Below are positions 31,201-41,292 of a stretch of DNA of 64,000 nt, in pieces. The notes beneath the pieces are model-generated. The model was not told the origin of the DNA and did not search any database. It was given only the letters and a program-made list of their open reading frames with translations. Source of the stretch: an uncultured Candidatus Saccharibacteria bacterium. GTDB taxonomy: Bacteria > Patescibacteriota > Minisyncoccia > Phycocordibacterales > CAIZLB01. The DNA lies in assembly GCA_964467385.1 (NCBI GenBank), contig CAYXQC010000001.1, forward strand, positions 7,896-71,895, written 5' to 3'. Position 1 is the stretch's first letter. Each line of letters begins with the position of its first letter. A program made the translations under genes and the position numbers.

Positions 31201-32950
31201 TGTATCATCGACAACAGGATCCTCTTTCTTAAGAGTTACTTCTGCAGGAAAGGTAGGAATCGGTACAACAACTCCCGCTTACAAACTCACTGTATTTGGT
31301 ACGACATCTGTTAACGCAATTAACTTGAGTGCGGCGATCTCTGGCGCGACAAATGGTGAATATCTTACATATGATGGAACAAGACTTCTTAAGGCTGGTA
31401 CTGCATCTGAGGGAACTCTTTATCTTGGTCTCTCAGCTGGGGTTAGTTCAGTGATTGGAGGTCAGTACAACACCGGAATTGGTCATGAGGCAATGAACAC
31501 TACAACGACTGGTGGTAACTATAACTCTGCGCTTGGGTATCAAGCTCTGTACAAAAATAGTTCTGGTGATGCAAATACTGCAATCGGTGCATCAGCGATG
31601 AGCGCTGCAACGATGGGAAGCTTTAGTTCAACATACAATACTGCTTTGGGTTACAGTGCGGGTTCAGGTCTCACAAGCGGAAGCAATAACCTGTTTATAG
31701 GTTCAAGAAGTGGAACTAATATCACAACGGGAAGTAAAAATATTACCATTGGCGAAAATATTAGTGCAGCGTCATCAACTGCTGATAATCAGTTAAATAT
31801 TGGAAATATTATTTACGGTACAAATATAGATGGGACAGGCTCGACATTATCAACTGGTAGTATTGCCATTGGTACATCAAGTCCTGCACGAATACTTCAT
31901 GTTGTTAGTACTGCAGATAATAATGCTATGATTCGAGTCGGCTCTGCTATTTCTCCATCAAGTTATGCGGAGTTTGGAAGATCCTCGGGGGCTCCTGCAT
32001 ATGGTGCAGGAATCTGGCTTGGGTCTGTCCAACAAGCAAACTTTAGTCAGACGGGAGGTCTCTCTTTGGGAACTTATGTAAATCAAAACCCACCAACTTC
32101 AGGGTTGATTGTGAGTGGATATGTAGGCATCGGTACAACAACCCCAGCCTTTCCGCTTGATGTGTATGCAAGTGTAACTTCGACTGAATCATATGGTTAC
32201 CTCAATTCATCTGGACTTGTTGGGACCTCATCGGGTGCAAATTCATATTCACTTAGAGCGCAAGGAAGAATTATTGCACCAGAATTTAACGCTGTATCAG
32301 ATGCTCGACTCAAAGATGTGCAGTTTGATCTTAGTCCAGAGGTTGCACTTGAAGCAATTACAAAACTACGACCGGTTTCATTTACATGGAAAGACAACCC
32401 AACTGGTCAACCGGTTCTCGGTCTCTTGGCACAGGAAGTTGAAGTTGCTATTCCAAACGCTGTTTCAAAAATCGCGACAGATAAGTTTAGTGACCAACGA
32501 GAAGTTTCTTACAACCAAATTGTTGCCGTAATGATTGGTGCGGTTAAAGAGTTGAAAAAACAAGTTCAATCTATCAAGACACAACTTGCAAATGTAATGG
32601 TGTGGTTCGGCGCTGATGGTGACCGTCTCAATGTAAAAGGTATGGTATGTGTAGATGATGTATGTGTTACAAAAGATCAGTTTAAGCAACTCCTTATCAA
32701 CTCAGGTTCTGTTATGATTGCTCCACAAAGTGAACAGAATAATGCTGGAGCAGGAGAAGCTGATACTACCTCTAGTGATACAAACAGTGGTAGCTCAACA
32801 GATACAAGTGACACATCTGCAGAGTACCCAGAGACTGACTCTGGTACGACTAGTGTTTCAGAAAGTGATCAACAAGATAACCCGGAAAATGTTTCAGAAG
32901 TTCCGCCTACATCGAGTCCTGAGCCAACCGAATCAACTCCTTCTGTCTAG
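28268..32950 (+). CDS. giant Ser/Thr/Gly-rich tail-fibre/adhesin-like surface protein with C-terminal intramolecular chaperone (peptidase S74-like); one in-frame TGA at 30236-30238 (pseudogene, error or readthrough)
   Basis: ORFs 28268-30238 and 30476-32950 share a frame and the 237 nt between them is open and protein-like; signal peptide, N-x-x-x-G-x-x-A repeats, VGIGT.SP repeats, SDARLK chaperone motif. Confidence 0.8.
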
Positions 32951-33052
32951 TATCGCGGTGTAGGCCTATCCAGATATATACATATATATAGTATGAATAT
33001 CTTGGTATACTAAGAGGGTAATTAATCCATTAACCCAGAACATACAATATAT

Positions 33053-34099
33053 ATGAGTGAATCAAATACAGGCGGAGCAAAAAAAGTAGCAATTAACGGT
33101 GGGGGACGAATCGGGCGAGCATTTCTCAAACTCGCAGTTATGGAACCTTCACTTGAGGTGGTTGCTATTAATGACCTTGCAGATATTGGAAACATTGCGT
33201 ACCTCATGAAATATGACAGTGCATATGGACGGAGCGGTCTTGATATTAAAGTAGATAAAGAAAAAAATTCTTTCATCATCAATGGAAAAGAAGTTAAGTA
33301 TGTAAGTGAAAAAGATCCTGCGAACCTTCCATGGGGAGCTCTTGGTGTAGATATTGTTCTTGAGTCAACAGGACTTTTCACTTCATATGAAAAGGCAAGT
33401 GCACATATCAAAGCTGGAGCAAAGCGAGTCGTTATCTCAGCTCCATCAAAAGACGAAGCTGGTGCACAAGAGGCGGTAACAGTTCTCATGGGTATCAACA
33501 CTCCTGACATGCCAAAGTGTGCTGTGTCATCAAATGCATCATGTACAACAAATGCAGCATCGCCACTCATTTCTATTCTCAACGAAAAAATTGGTATTGA
33601 AAAAGCTATTTTGAATACGACTCACGCATATACAGCAAGTCAGGCGCTTGTAGATGCTCCAAACAAAAAAGATTGGCGAGAAGGAAGAGCTGCCGCAATG
33701 AACATGGCTCCATCATCAACTGGTGCAGCGAAAGCGGTGACGCAGGTTATTACAGAACTCAAAGGAAAATTTGATGGTATTGCTGTGCGAGTACCGGTTA
33801 TTACAGGTTCACTTGTTGATGTGACATTTATTGCAAAGCGAAATACAACAGTGGAAGAGGTAAACCAAATACTTCGAAACGCTGCAGCAAGTACAAACTG
33901 GAAGGGTATATTTGATGCAACAGATGAAGAATTGGTGTCACGAGATATTGTAGGAAATCCACATGCTTCTATTGCCGACCTTAAAATGACACGAGTAGTA
34001 GACGGAAATCTTGTAAAAGTACTTGCATGGTATGACAATGAAGGTGGGTATACTCATGCGCTCGTCCAGCATGTGGTTGAGGCAGGTAAGTTGATATAA
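33053..34099 (+). CDS. gap: glyceraldehyde-3-phosphate dehydrogenase
   Basis: INGGGRIGR, SNASCTTN and WYDNE. Confidence 0.97.
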   Translation: MSESNTGGAKKVAINGGGRIGRAFLKLAVMEPSLEVVAINDLADIGNIAYLMKYDSAYGRSGLDIKVDKEKNSFIINGKEVKYVSEKDPANLPWGALGVDIVLESTGLFTSYEKASAHIKAGAKRVVISAPSKDEAGAQEAVTVLMGINTPDMPKCAVSSNASCTTNAASPLISILNEKIGIEKAILNTTHAYTASQALVDAPNKKDWREGRAAAMNMAPSSTGAAKAVTQVITELKGKFDGIAVRVPVITGSLVDVTFIAKRNTTVEEVNQILRNAAASTNWKGIFDATDEELVSRDIVGNPHASIADLKMTRVVDGNLVKVLAWYDNEGGYTHALVQHVVEAGKLI

Positions 34100-34103
34100 A
34101 TTC

Positions 34104-34646
34104 ATGAATATCTTCATCGCTTCAGATCACGCCGGTTTCAAACTCAAGCAATTTTTGATTGGTTCACTTTCTGAAATTGGCCATACGGTCGTTGACTGTG
34201 GTGCCTATGCTGAACATCCAGGTGATGATTATCCACCTTTTATTGCAAAAGCAGCCCGAGCAGTTTCGGAAGCTGAAGCTGTGAAAATTCAAAATGAGGA
34301 TGCGGCATCATATCTTGCAGATCATCGACGAGAAGAAAATGAAACGCGGGGAATTGTAATTGGTGGATCGGGAACTGGAGAAGCGATAGTTGCTAACAAA
34401 TTTCCTCATGTACGAGCTGCGCTTTGTTATGGTGGGGAGCAGGCTAGTGAAATCATACGACTCAGTCGTGAGCATAATAACTCAAATGTACTTTCATTAG
34501 GTGCTCGTTTTCTGGCAGAGGATCAATCACTTGAGCTTGTAATCGAATGGCTTAATACTCAGTTTTCTGGGGATCCAAGACATGTACGGAGGATTCATGA
34601 AATCGACACGCTTGAGCATGATAGAAAAATAAATTTGTATGAATAA
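34104..34646 (+). CDS. rpiB: ribose-5-phosphate isomerase B family
   Basis: ASDHAG, DDYP, GGSGTGE, SREHNNSNVL and RHVRRI. Confidence 0.9.
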   Translation: MNIFIASDHAGFKLKQFLIGSLSEIGHTVVDCGAYAEHPGDDYPPFIAKAARAVSEAEAVKIQNEDAASYLADHRREENETRGIVIGGSGTGEAIVANKFPHVRAALCYGGEQASEIIRLSREHNNSNVLSLGARFLAEDQSLELVIEWLNTQFSGDPRHVRRIHEIDTLEHDRKINLYE

Positions 34647-35379
34647 TATAACTCCTGTTACACAAAAAATTACGCCAGCTATATTGCCGAAAAGTTTCAG
34701 TGAACTTGAAGAAAAATTGAGACTTGTAGTTGAAGTGGGTAAGTCTGATTGGGTGCAAATCGATGCGGTTGATGGGATCTTTGCAAAAAATAAAACATGG
34801 CCATACCAGAATGACGAAGAAATGCGTTTCTCAGAGATGATTTATCAAACTGAGTCTTTGCCATATTTGGATCATATAAAATTTGAAGTAGATCTCATGG
34901 TTTCTGATCCACGTTTTGAAGCTGATAAATGGATTGCCGCCGGTGCAAGTCGGCTCGTTCTACATATAGATAGTCTTGATCAGGTTGTATTTGTCGATGT
35001 GGCAAGGAAAATAGCAGCAAAAGGTGTTGAACTTGTACTCGGTTTCGGTCTACATTCTTCTTTTGAAAAATTGCAGTCGTATATAAATTCAGTTAATTCA
35101 TCGGAATCACCAAAAGTGATAAGTGGTATTCAATGTATGGGAATAGAAAAAATCGGTTTTCAAGGACAAGTATTTGAGCTTATCGTACTTGAGCATATTA
35201 GAAAAATAAAAGAAATATATCCAGGACTTTCGGTGTCTATTGATGGGGGAGTAAATATCACAACTGCACCTAAGCTTGTAGAAGCTGGAGTTGATCGGCT
35301 TGTGATTGGATCTGCACTTTTTTCTAAAGATAAAACAGTCGGCGAGTCGATAGATGAATTTTCAGCGCTGTTTGCGTAA
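34639..35379 (+). CDS. rpe: ribulose-phosphate 3-epimerase (divergent)
   Basis: QIDAVDG, EVDLMV, MGIEKIGFQGQ and IDGGVN; operon context. Confidence 0.8.
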   Translation: MNNITPVTQKITPAILPKSFSELEEKLRLVVEVGKSDWVQIDAVDGIFAKNKTWPYQNDEEMRFSEMIYQTESLPYLDHIKFEVDLMVSDPRFEADKWIAAGASRLVLHIDSLDQVVFVDVARKIAAKGVELVLGFGLHSSFEKLQSYINSVNSSESPKVISGIQCMGIEKIGFQGQVFELIVLEHIRKIKEIYPGLSVSIDGGVNITTAPKLVEAGVDRLVIGSALFSKDKTVGESIDEFSALFA

Positions 35380-35492
35380 ATTTCATATCTTTATATAAAT
35401 TGCAGAAAATAATAAAGAAAATAAGAAGCAAAATTGTGAACTCAATTATGAGTTTAATTCGGCTGCAAAGAATTTTTTGCTATACTATACGC

Positions 35493-36374
35493 ATGTCACT
35501 CACTGATGATACTGTACATTTTCTCGAAGAGAAGGCACGCGACATTCGTATCTCTGTCATAGAGATGTTGGCCGAGGCAAGATCAGGTCACTCCGGCGGA
35601 CCACTCGGTATGGCTGATATTTTCAGTGTACTTTTTTTTCATACTCTAAAACACGATCCGAAGAATCCATCATGGAACATGCGTGATCGCTTAGTTCTTT
35701 CGAATGGTCATATTTGCCCGGTACTGTACTCGTCTATGGCGCACGCAGGATACTTTCCTGTTGAAGAATTAAAAACTTTACGTAAGTTTGGTTCACGGCT
35801 CCAAGGGCATCCACATCGAGAATATTTGCCAATACTTGAAACAAGCTCTGGTCCACTCGGATCAGGTCTTTCGCAGGCTGTAGGTATGGCTCTTTCCGAT
35901 AAGATGGATTTTGGAAAAGTCTCCCCAAGATTTATATACTGTCTTCTAGGTGATGGTGAACTCAATGAAGGACAGAATTGGGAAGCTGCAATGCTTGGCG
36001 CAAAAGAAAAATTAGGAAATTTGATTGCAATTATTGATCGAAATAATATTCAAATTGATGGCTTTACAGAGGATATTATGCCACTTTCGCCTTTGTATGA
36101 TAAATGGAAATCATTTGGTTGGCACGTACAAGAGGTTGATGGTCACAATATACAAGCGATTGCTGGGGCGATTCAGGAGGCACAAGCAATTTTTGAAAAA
36201 CCTTCTGTGATAATTGCACATACAATTCCAGGCAAGGGCGTATCGTATATGGAACATCGATTTGAATGGCATGGTACACCGCCAGGGATTTCTGAAATTG
36301 CAGGCGCACCGGAAAAAGCGAAACAAGTGGAGGTGGCACTAAATGATCTTCGATCTGGTATACAAACTCTGTAA
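35493..36374 (+). CDS. transketolase N-terminal (ThDP-binding) subunit
   Basis: SGHSGG, DRLVLSNGH, LQGHP and GDGELNEG; start moved to MSLTDD. Confidence 0.92.
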   Translation: MSLTDDTVHFLEEKARDIRISVIEMLAEARSGHSGGPLGMADIFSVLFFHTLKHDPKNPSWNMRDRLVLSNGHICPVLYSSMAHAGYFPVEELKTLRKFGSRLQGHPHREYLPILETSSGPLGSGLSQAVGMALSDKMDFGKVSPRFIYCLLGDGELNEGQNWEAAMLGAKEKLGNLIAIIDRNNIQIDGFTEDIMPLSPLYDKWKSFGWHVQEVDGHNIQAIAGAIQEAQAIFEKPSVIIAHTIPGKGVSYMEHRFEWHGTPPGISEIAGAPEKAKQVEVALNDLRSGIQTL

Positions 36375-36394
36375 AATAAATTTCACCATACAAT

Positions 36395-37435
36395 ATGACT
36401 AACGTCTCACTCAATTCACATATTTTTGAAAAAGATATTAAGGATCTTGAACAAATGCCTATCCGAAAAGGTTTTGGCGAAGGGCTTGTCATTGCTGCAA
36501 AAGCGAACTCTGCAATCGTGGGGCTTTGTGCGGATCTTACAGATTCTACGTTTATGCATCTTTTCAAGAAAGAATTTCCGAAGAGTTTTGTAGAAGTTGG
36601 TGTAGCTGAACAAAATCTCGCATCAGTTGCATCTGGTATGGCTGCCATGGGCAAGCTTCCATTCATCACTTCATATGCCATGTTTAGTCCTGGGCGAAAC
36701 TGGGAGCAGATCCGTACAACTATTTGCTACAACGATAGAAAGGTTATTGTTGTTGGTTCGCATGCTGGTCTCTCTGTGGGTCCTGATGGTGGAACGCATC
36801 AAGCTATTGAAGACATCGCCATAACTCGAGTGATTCCAAATATGACTGTGATCGTACCATGTGACGTGATAGAAGCTAAAAAAGCAACTATCGCACTTGC
36901 AAAAGATAGTCAAAATGGTGGCACTGATAGTCCTGCATATCTTCGTCTTGCTCGTGAAAAATCACCAGTTGTTACAACCGAAGAAACTCCTTTCGTTCTC
37001 GGAAAAGCACAAATACTTTTTGATGCTACTCAAATTTCAGATGATTCTCTTGTTCATGCAAAAGCTGATGTTGGAATCATTGCATGTGGGGTACTCGTAT
37101 ACAAAGCGCTCCGTGTAGCTAAGGCACTCGAGTCTGAGGGTGTAAAAGCGATTGTGATGAATCTTGCCACTATAAAACCACTTGATACTGAAGCAATTGT
37201 TTCGCTCGCAAAAAGAACTGGTTGTATCGTGACAGCTGAAGAGCATCAGGTTGCTGCAGGAATGGGAGGTACTGTTGCTGAATGTTTAGTAAAAGAATTT
37301 CCAGTACCGATTGAGTTTGTGGGAGTTGAAGACACGTTTGGTCAATCAGGTACTCCAGATGAACTCCTCGAGCATTACTGTTTGAGTGAAAGTCACATTA
37401 GAGAGGCTGCTCTGAAGGTGATCAAGAGGAAATAA
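36395..37435 (+). CDS. transketolase C-terminal subunit
   Basis: GVAEQN, GPDGGTHQAIED, IKPLD and EEHQ. Confidence 0.92.
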   Translation: MTNVSLNSHIFEKDIKDLEQMPIRKGFGEGLVIAAKANSAIVGLCADLTDSTFMHLFKKEFPKSFVEVGVAEQNLASVASGMAAMGKLPFITSYAMFSPGRNWEQIRTTICYNDRKVIVVGSHAGLSVGPDGGTHQAIEDIAITRVIPNMTVIVPCDVIEAKKATIALAKDSQNGGTDSPAYLRLAREKSPVVTTEETPFVLGKAQILFDATQISDDSLVHAKADVGIIACGVLVYKALRVAKALESEGVKAIVMNLATIKPLDTEAIVSLAKRTGCIVTAEEHQVAAGMGGTVAECLVKEFPVPIEFVGVEDTFGQSGTPDELLEHYCLSESHIREAALKVIKRK

Positions 37436-37440
37436 AAATA

Positions 37441-37561
37441 AAAAGCTCATTCAAAAATATGTATGCTACGCATGAAATTCTCCAGAATTTTTGCTCTGCT
37501 CAGATAATATTCTGCTAAATATTATCTTCCGCAAGGCATACATATTTTCTCATTAGCTTTT
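37441..37561 (+). repeat. post-stop structured repeat, type 1 copy B
   Basis: AAAATATGTATGC/GCATACATATTTT stem, two hairpins, CTCTGCTCA at 37494 and CGCAAG at 37530. Confidence 0.85.
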
Positions 37562-37600
37562 ATTGCAGGAAGGAATGTGATTGTACGATCTAAGAATTTT

Positions 37601-38713
37601 TTAGAAAACTCTGATCTGCCAATTTGCTGGGGCGGATTTGATATACGTATCAATCTTTTCACGAGAGAGAAGGCCTTTCTGTGCGCCAATCTCCTGGCAT
37701 ACATTCATGGAGTTAATCGAGCCCCATTTGAGCGCAGTTTCTACATTTTCGCCAAGGGCGATAGCTGAACTGAATGTAGAAGCAAATGCATCACCTGCAC
37801 CTGTTCGCTCTTTTGGTGGAGCGATATCTGGATAAATAGGAAGGTGTGCAACGTGTTCAGTAAGATTTCCGGCTGCATCAGGTCGAGCAATATATGTAAA
37901 TGATCCATGCGGCCCATCGGTGATGATAGGTAGTTTTGGTCCGAGCATTTTCAATTTTGCAAGCAAATCTTTTACGTGTGTATCTTTGATTGTTGCATCG
38001 GTTTCTGTGTTGCCGCTATATTGTGGTGCTTTGATACCGAGGATTAATTCGGCTTCTTCTAAGTTGCAAAAGAAAAGTTCTGTCCTCTTATACAAATCTT
38101 TGAGAGCTTCAGTTCCAAATTTGATCTGATATGTACCTGGTTGGAACACCAGTCGAGTTTCAGGGTTTGCCGCAAGAAAATCAGCGATTGTTTTATGAAA
38201 TGGGAGCGAATGTTCTCCGAGTGAACTCAAATACATCCACTCTGGATTTTTTATTCGTGGCATTGAAAGTGGAAAATCTTCGTGCTTGATGAGAATTGTT
38301 CGCTCGCTTCCAAACCATAGTACATAATGATAATTGGTAAGAAGTCCAGGATGAACTCCAATATACCGAGTTGAAACACCTTCTTTTTCTAGCTGGCGAA
38401 GGCATTTTTGTCCATTTTCATCTTTACCTATATGTGCTACGAGGCCGCTTCCAAGCCCTAGTCGAGCTGCAGCAACAGCAGCGTTTGCGCTATTTCCTAC
38501 GGCGACAACCTCTTCTGCAAATTCAAATGGAAGTTTTGTGCCAAAGACCATACAAAGTTCGGTTGAACCTGTTGTTATATTTTGTGTTTCGTGCGCGTCT
38601 TTTAGTTTAATGAACGCATCGATTACAATATCGCCAATAGCGATGAATTCGGGTTGACTGTTATTAGAAAAAACAGAGCTGATAGGGTTGAAGATTTTCT
38701 TAAAAATACTCAT
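37601..38713 (-). CDS. PfkB/ribokinase-family carbohydrate kinase
   Basis: GNSANAAVAAARLG and ERTGAGDAF; start moved to MSIFKK. Confidence 0.9.
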   Translation of the reverse strand: MSIFKKIFNPISSVFSNNSQPEFIAIGDIVIDAFIKLKDAHETQNITTGSTELCMVFGTKLPFEFAEEVVAVGNSANAAVAAARLGLGSGLVAHIGKDENGQKCLRQLEKEGVSTRYIGVHPGLLTNYHYVLWFGSERTILIKHEDFPLSMPRIKNPEWMYLSSLGEHSLPFHKTIADFLAANPETRLVFQPGTYQIKFGTEALKDLYKRTELFFCNLEEAELILGIKAPQYSGNTETDATIKDTHVKDLLAKLKMLGPKLPIITDGPHGSFTYIARPDAAGNLTEHVAHLPIYPDIAPPKERTGAGDAFASTFSSAIALGENVETALKWGSINSMNVCQEIGAQKGLLSREKIDTYIKSAPANWQIRVF

Positions 38714-38782
38714 ATAGTATGAGTATAACATGTGCCACTCAGCCAGTCTGTTAAACAGGCCAATTATGCTATTATTTAGGCT

Positions 38783-39715
38783 ATGAAAACACTTAGACAA
38801 TACATTCTAGAAGCTAGAGAGAAAAGAATAGCAATCGGACATTTTAATATTTCAAATACAGAAGCCTTGAACGGTATTGTTAAAGCGGCCAAAAAACTAA
38901 ATGTGCCCGTAGTTATTGGTGTATCAGAAGGTGAGCGAGATTTTATTGGTGTTCAACAAGTATCGGCACTTGTGCGATCGCTTCGCGAAAAATTGAATCA
39001 CCCGATCTTCCTAAATGCAGATCATACGTATTCTTTTGAACGAGTAAAAGAGGCTGTTGAAGCTGGTTTCGATATGGTAATCACGGATCATGCTGACGCA
39101 AAAAATCTAGAAGAAAATATCGCATTTACGCGCCAAGCCGTTCAGTATGTTCATGAAGTAAATGAGAAGAGAAAAAATGGCGCAGAATCTTCATATGAAA
39201 AGTTTAGTAATGATGTGCTTGTTGAAGCAGAACTCGGGTATATCGGCAAATCTTCGAAAGTTCTTGATGGTGTACCAAACGAAATTAAACTTGATGAAAA
39301 TGGGAACGTGGACGTGTCGTGCCTGCCAACCGCTGAAGAGGCATCTCGATTTGTACGAGAAAGTGGGGTCGATATGTTGGCTCCAGCGGTTGGAAATATT
39401 CACGGTATTGTAAAAAATGCTCAGCCAAAACTAAACATAGAGCGAATCGCAGAAATTGCTGCGAGTACTGATGCTCCACTTGTACTTCACGGTGCATCTG
39501 GAATAGGAAATGATGAATTAGCGGCGGCAGTTGAGGCTGGAATTTCGATGGTTCATTATAATACCGAGCTTCGTATTGCATACAAAGATGCCGTCGCTCA
39601 ATCGCTTGCTGAAATGCCAAACGAAGTTGCTCCATATAAGTTTTTGGCCAAATCAGTAGATGCTGTTGCTGCCGTAGTAGAAGAGAAACTCAAGATTATG
39701 AACAGGATGGTCTAG
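38783..39715 (+). CDS. fba: class II fructose-bisphosphate aldolase
   Basis: NADH, VEAELG, GNIHG, LVLHGASG and NTELR. Confidence 0.92.
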   Translation: MKTLRQYILEAREKRIAIGHFNISNTEALNGIVKAAKKLNVPVVIGVSEGERDFIGVQQVSALVRSLREKLNHPIFLNADHTYSFERVKEAVEAGFDMVITDHADAKNLEENIAFTRQAVQYVHEVNEKRKNGAESSYEKFSNDVLVEAELGYIGKSSKVLDGVPNEIKLDENGNVDVSCLPTAEEASRFVRESGVDMLAPAVGNIHGIVKNAQPKLNIERIAEIAASTDAPLVLHGASGIGNDELAAAVEAGISMVHYNTELRIAYKDAVAQSLAEMPNEVAPYKFLAKSVDAVAAVVEEKLKIMNRMV

Positions 39716-39735
39716 TAGGCTATACTTATATCTGT

Positions 39736-40554
39736 ATGAATAGCTTCTGGCAAAAAAAGAGGCAAGCAATGGGTCAAACTTTGGTACTTAGTCTATCTTT
39801 GGCAAAGACCAATTTCAAGCTCAGAAATGAAGGGAGCTATCTCGGTTTTATTTGGTATATCCTTAGCCCTCTGGCCTTATTTTTCATAATCTTATTTGTA
39901 AAAAATCAAGCTTTCAACGGGTCACTTTCGCCAAGTGTCTTACGAGGTACTATGGCTAATTTAACGAATTATTACCCAGTATATCTACTTGTTGGCTTGT
40001 TACTTTTCAATCTTTTTGCGCAGACTGTAAGTGTTTCGATGGATGTGATTCGCTCGAATGCAAATTTTGTAAAGTCTATAAAGATTCCACTTGAATCACT
40101 TGTACTTGCAAAAGTTTTTCAGTTTTTATTTTCACATATATTTGAAATTTTATTGCTGGTTGTCTGTTTAATGTATCTGGGCATTTCTCTGGTGGGTCTG
40201 TTACCGTATCTAGTAGTACTCATCTTATTTTTGTTTTTTGTAGCAGGAATATGTTTCTTGTTTTCGACCTTGGGTGTTTTTGTGAATGATCTAAACAACG
40301 TTTGGTTAGCAGTATCACAACTTCTATTTTTTATAACACCAATTTTTTATATACCAGTTGAGGGAACTTTATTGTACAAAATCAATATGTATAATCCATT
40401 ATTTTATTTTATGCAGTCAGCTAGAGGGGTGCTGCTTGGTGTTGATGTTTCAAATTTTATTTGGATGATCGCTACACTTATTTCACTTGTAACATTTAGT
40501 GTAGGATTTCTAATATTCAGAAAATTTAAACCTAGATTTGCTGAATTTGTTTAA
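39736..40554 (+). CDS. wzm: ABC-2 polysaccharide export permease (Wzm-like)
   Basis: GSYLGFIWYILSPL, FFITPIFY and YNPL; 6 TMs. Confidence 0.85.
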   Translation: MNSFWQKKRQAMGQTLVLSLSLAKTNFKLRNEGSYLGFIWYILSPLALFFIILFVKNQAFNGSLSPSVLRGTMANLTNYYPVYLLVGLLLFNLFAQTVSVSMDVIRSNANFVKSIKIPLESLVLAKVFQFLFSHIFEILLLVVCLMYLGISLVGLLPYLVVLILFLFFVAGICFLFSTLGVFVNDLNNVWLAVSQLLFFITPIFYIPVEGTLLYKINMYNPLFYFMQSARGVLLGVDVSNFIWMIATLISLVTFSVGFLIFRKFKPRFAEFV

Positions 40555-40557
40555 TAT

Positions 40558-41292
40558 ATGAAAAAGATAATAGTAAAATCAGTTACAAAAAGTTTTAATC
40601 TAGGTCATAAACGCGGTGACGGGGTTTTGGCGCGACTTGTTGATTTTGTTTCTGGAAAAGAACGTACATGTATCAAAACAGCTGTACAGGATGTAAGTTT
40701 TGAAGTCGAACAAGGAGAAGTTGTGGCTATTATCGGAAAAAATGGTTCTGGGAAAAGCACCCTTATGCGATTGATTGCTGGTATCTATACTATCGACCAA
40801 GGAGAAATATGTGCTGAAAATGTACTCTATATAAATGGCTTTAATCATGGTATAAAACCTCGACTCTCGATGCGTGAAAATGTGTATACTATTGCAACTA
40901 TTATGGGTCTAACCAAAAGACAAATCGAGAGTGTCTTTGCGCAACTTATTGATTTCTCGGGTCTGGCTGAATTTCTCGATACAAAAGTTTATCAATTTTC
41001 AACTGGTATGATTCTGCGTCTTAATTTCTCCATTTTTATCTTTTGTATTCAGTTTAAAAAAGCTGAGATACTACTCCTTGATGAGATTTTTGGAGCAGGA
41101 GGAGATGTCGATTTTAGAAATAAAGCAGATGAAAAAATGAAGGAGTTGATACGAAGTGGAGTAACGGTTATCTTAGTTAGCCATAATCTGGCTGATCTAA
41201 AACGTCATGCTAAACGGGCTATATGGATGGATAGTGGTTCAATAAAAATGGACGGGGAAATGGATAGGGTCCTTGAAGCGTATAAGGGGTAG
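40558..41292 (+). CDS. wzt: polysaccharide export ABC ATPase (Wzt-like, no C-terminal CBM)
   Basis: [14 protein letters not shown] and LLLDE; only 244 aa. Confidence 0.85.
   Translation: MKKIIVKSVTKSFNLGHKRGDGVLARLVDFVSGKERTCIKTAVQDVSFEVEQGEVVAIIGKNGSGKSTLMRLIAGIYTIDQGEICAENVLYINGFNHGIKPRLSMRENVYTIATIMGLTKRQIESVFAQLIDFSGLAEFLDTKVYQFSTGMILRLNFSIFIFCIQFKKAEILLLDEIFGAGGDVDFRNKADEKMKELIRSGVTVILVSHNLADLKRHAKRAIWMDSGSIKMDGEMDRVLEAYKG

Noticed and set aside
28268-32950. Prophage remnant
   Set aside because: No capsid, terminase, integrase or other phage genes; the protein has a signal peptide and sits between gatB and gap.
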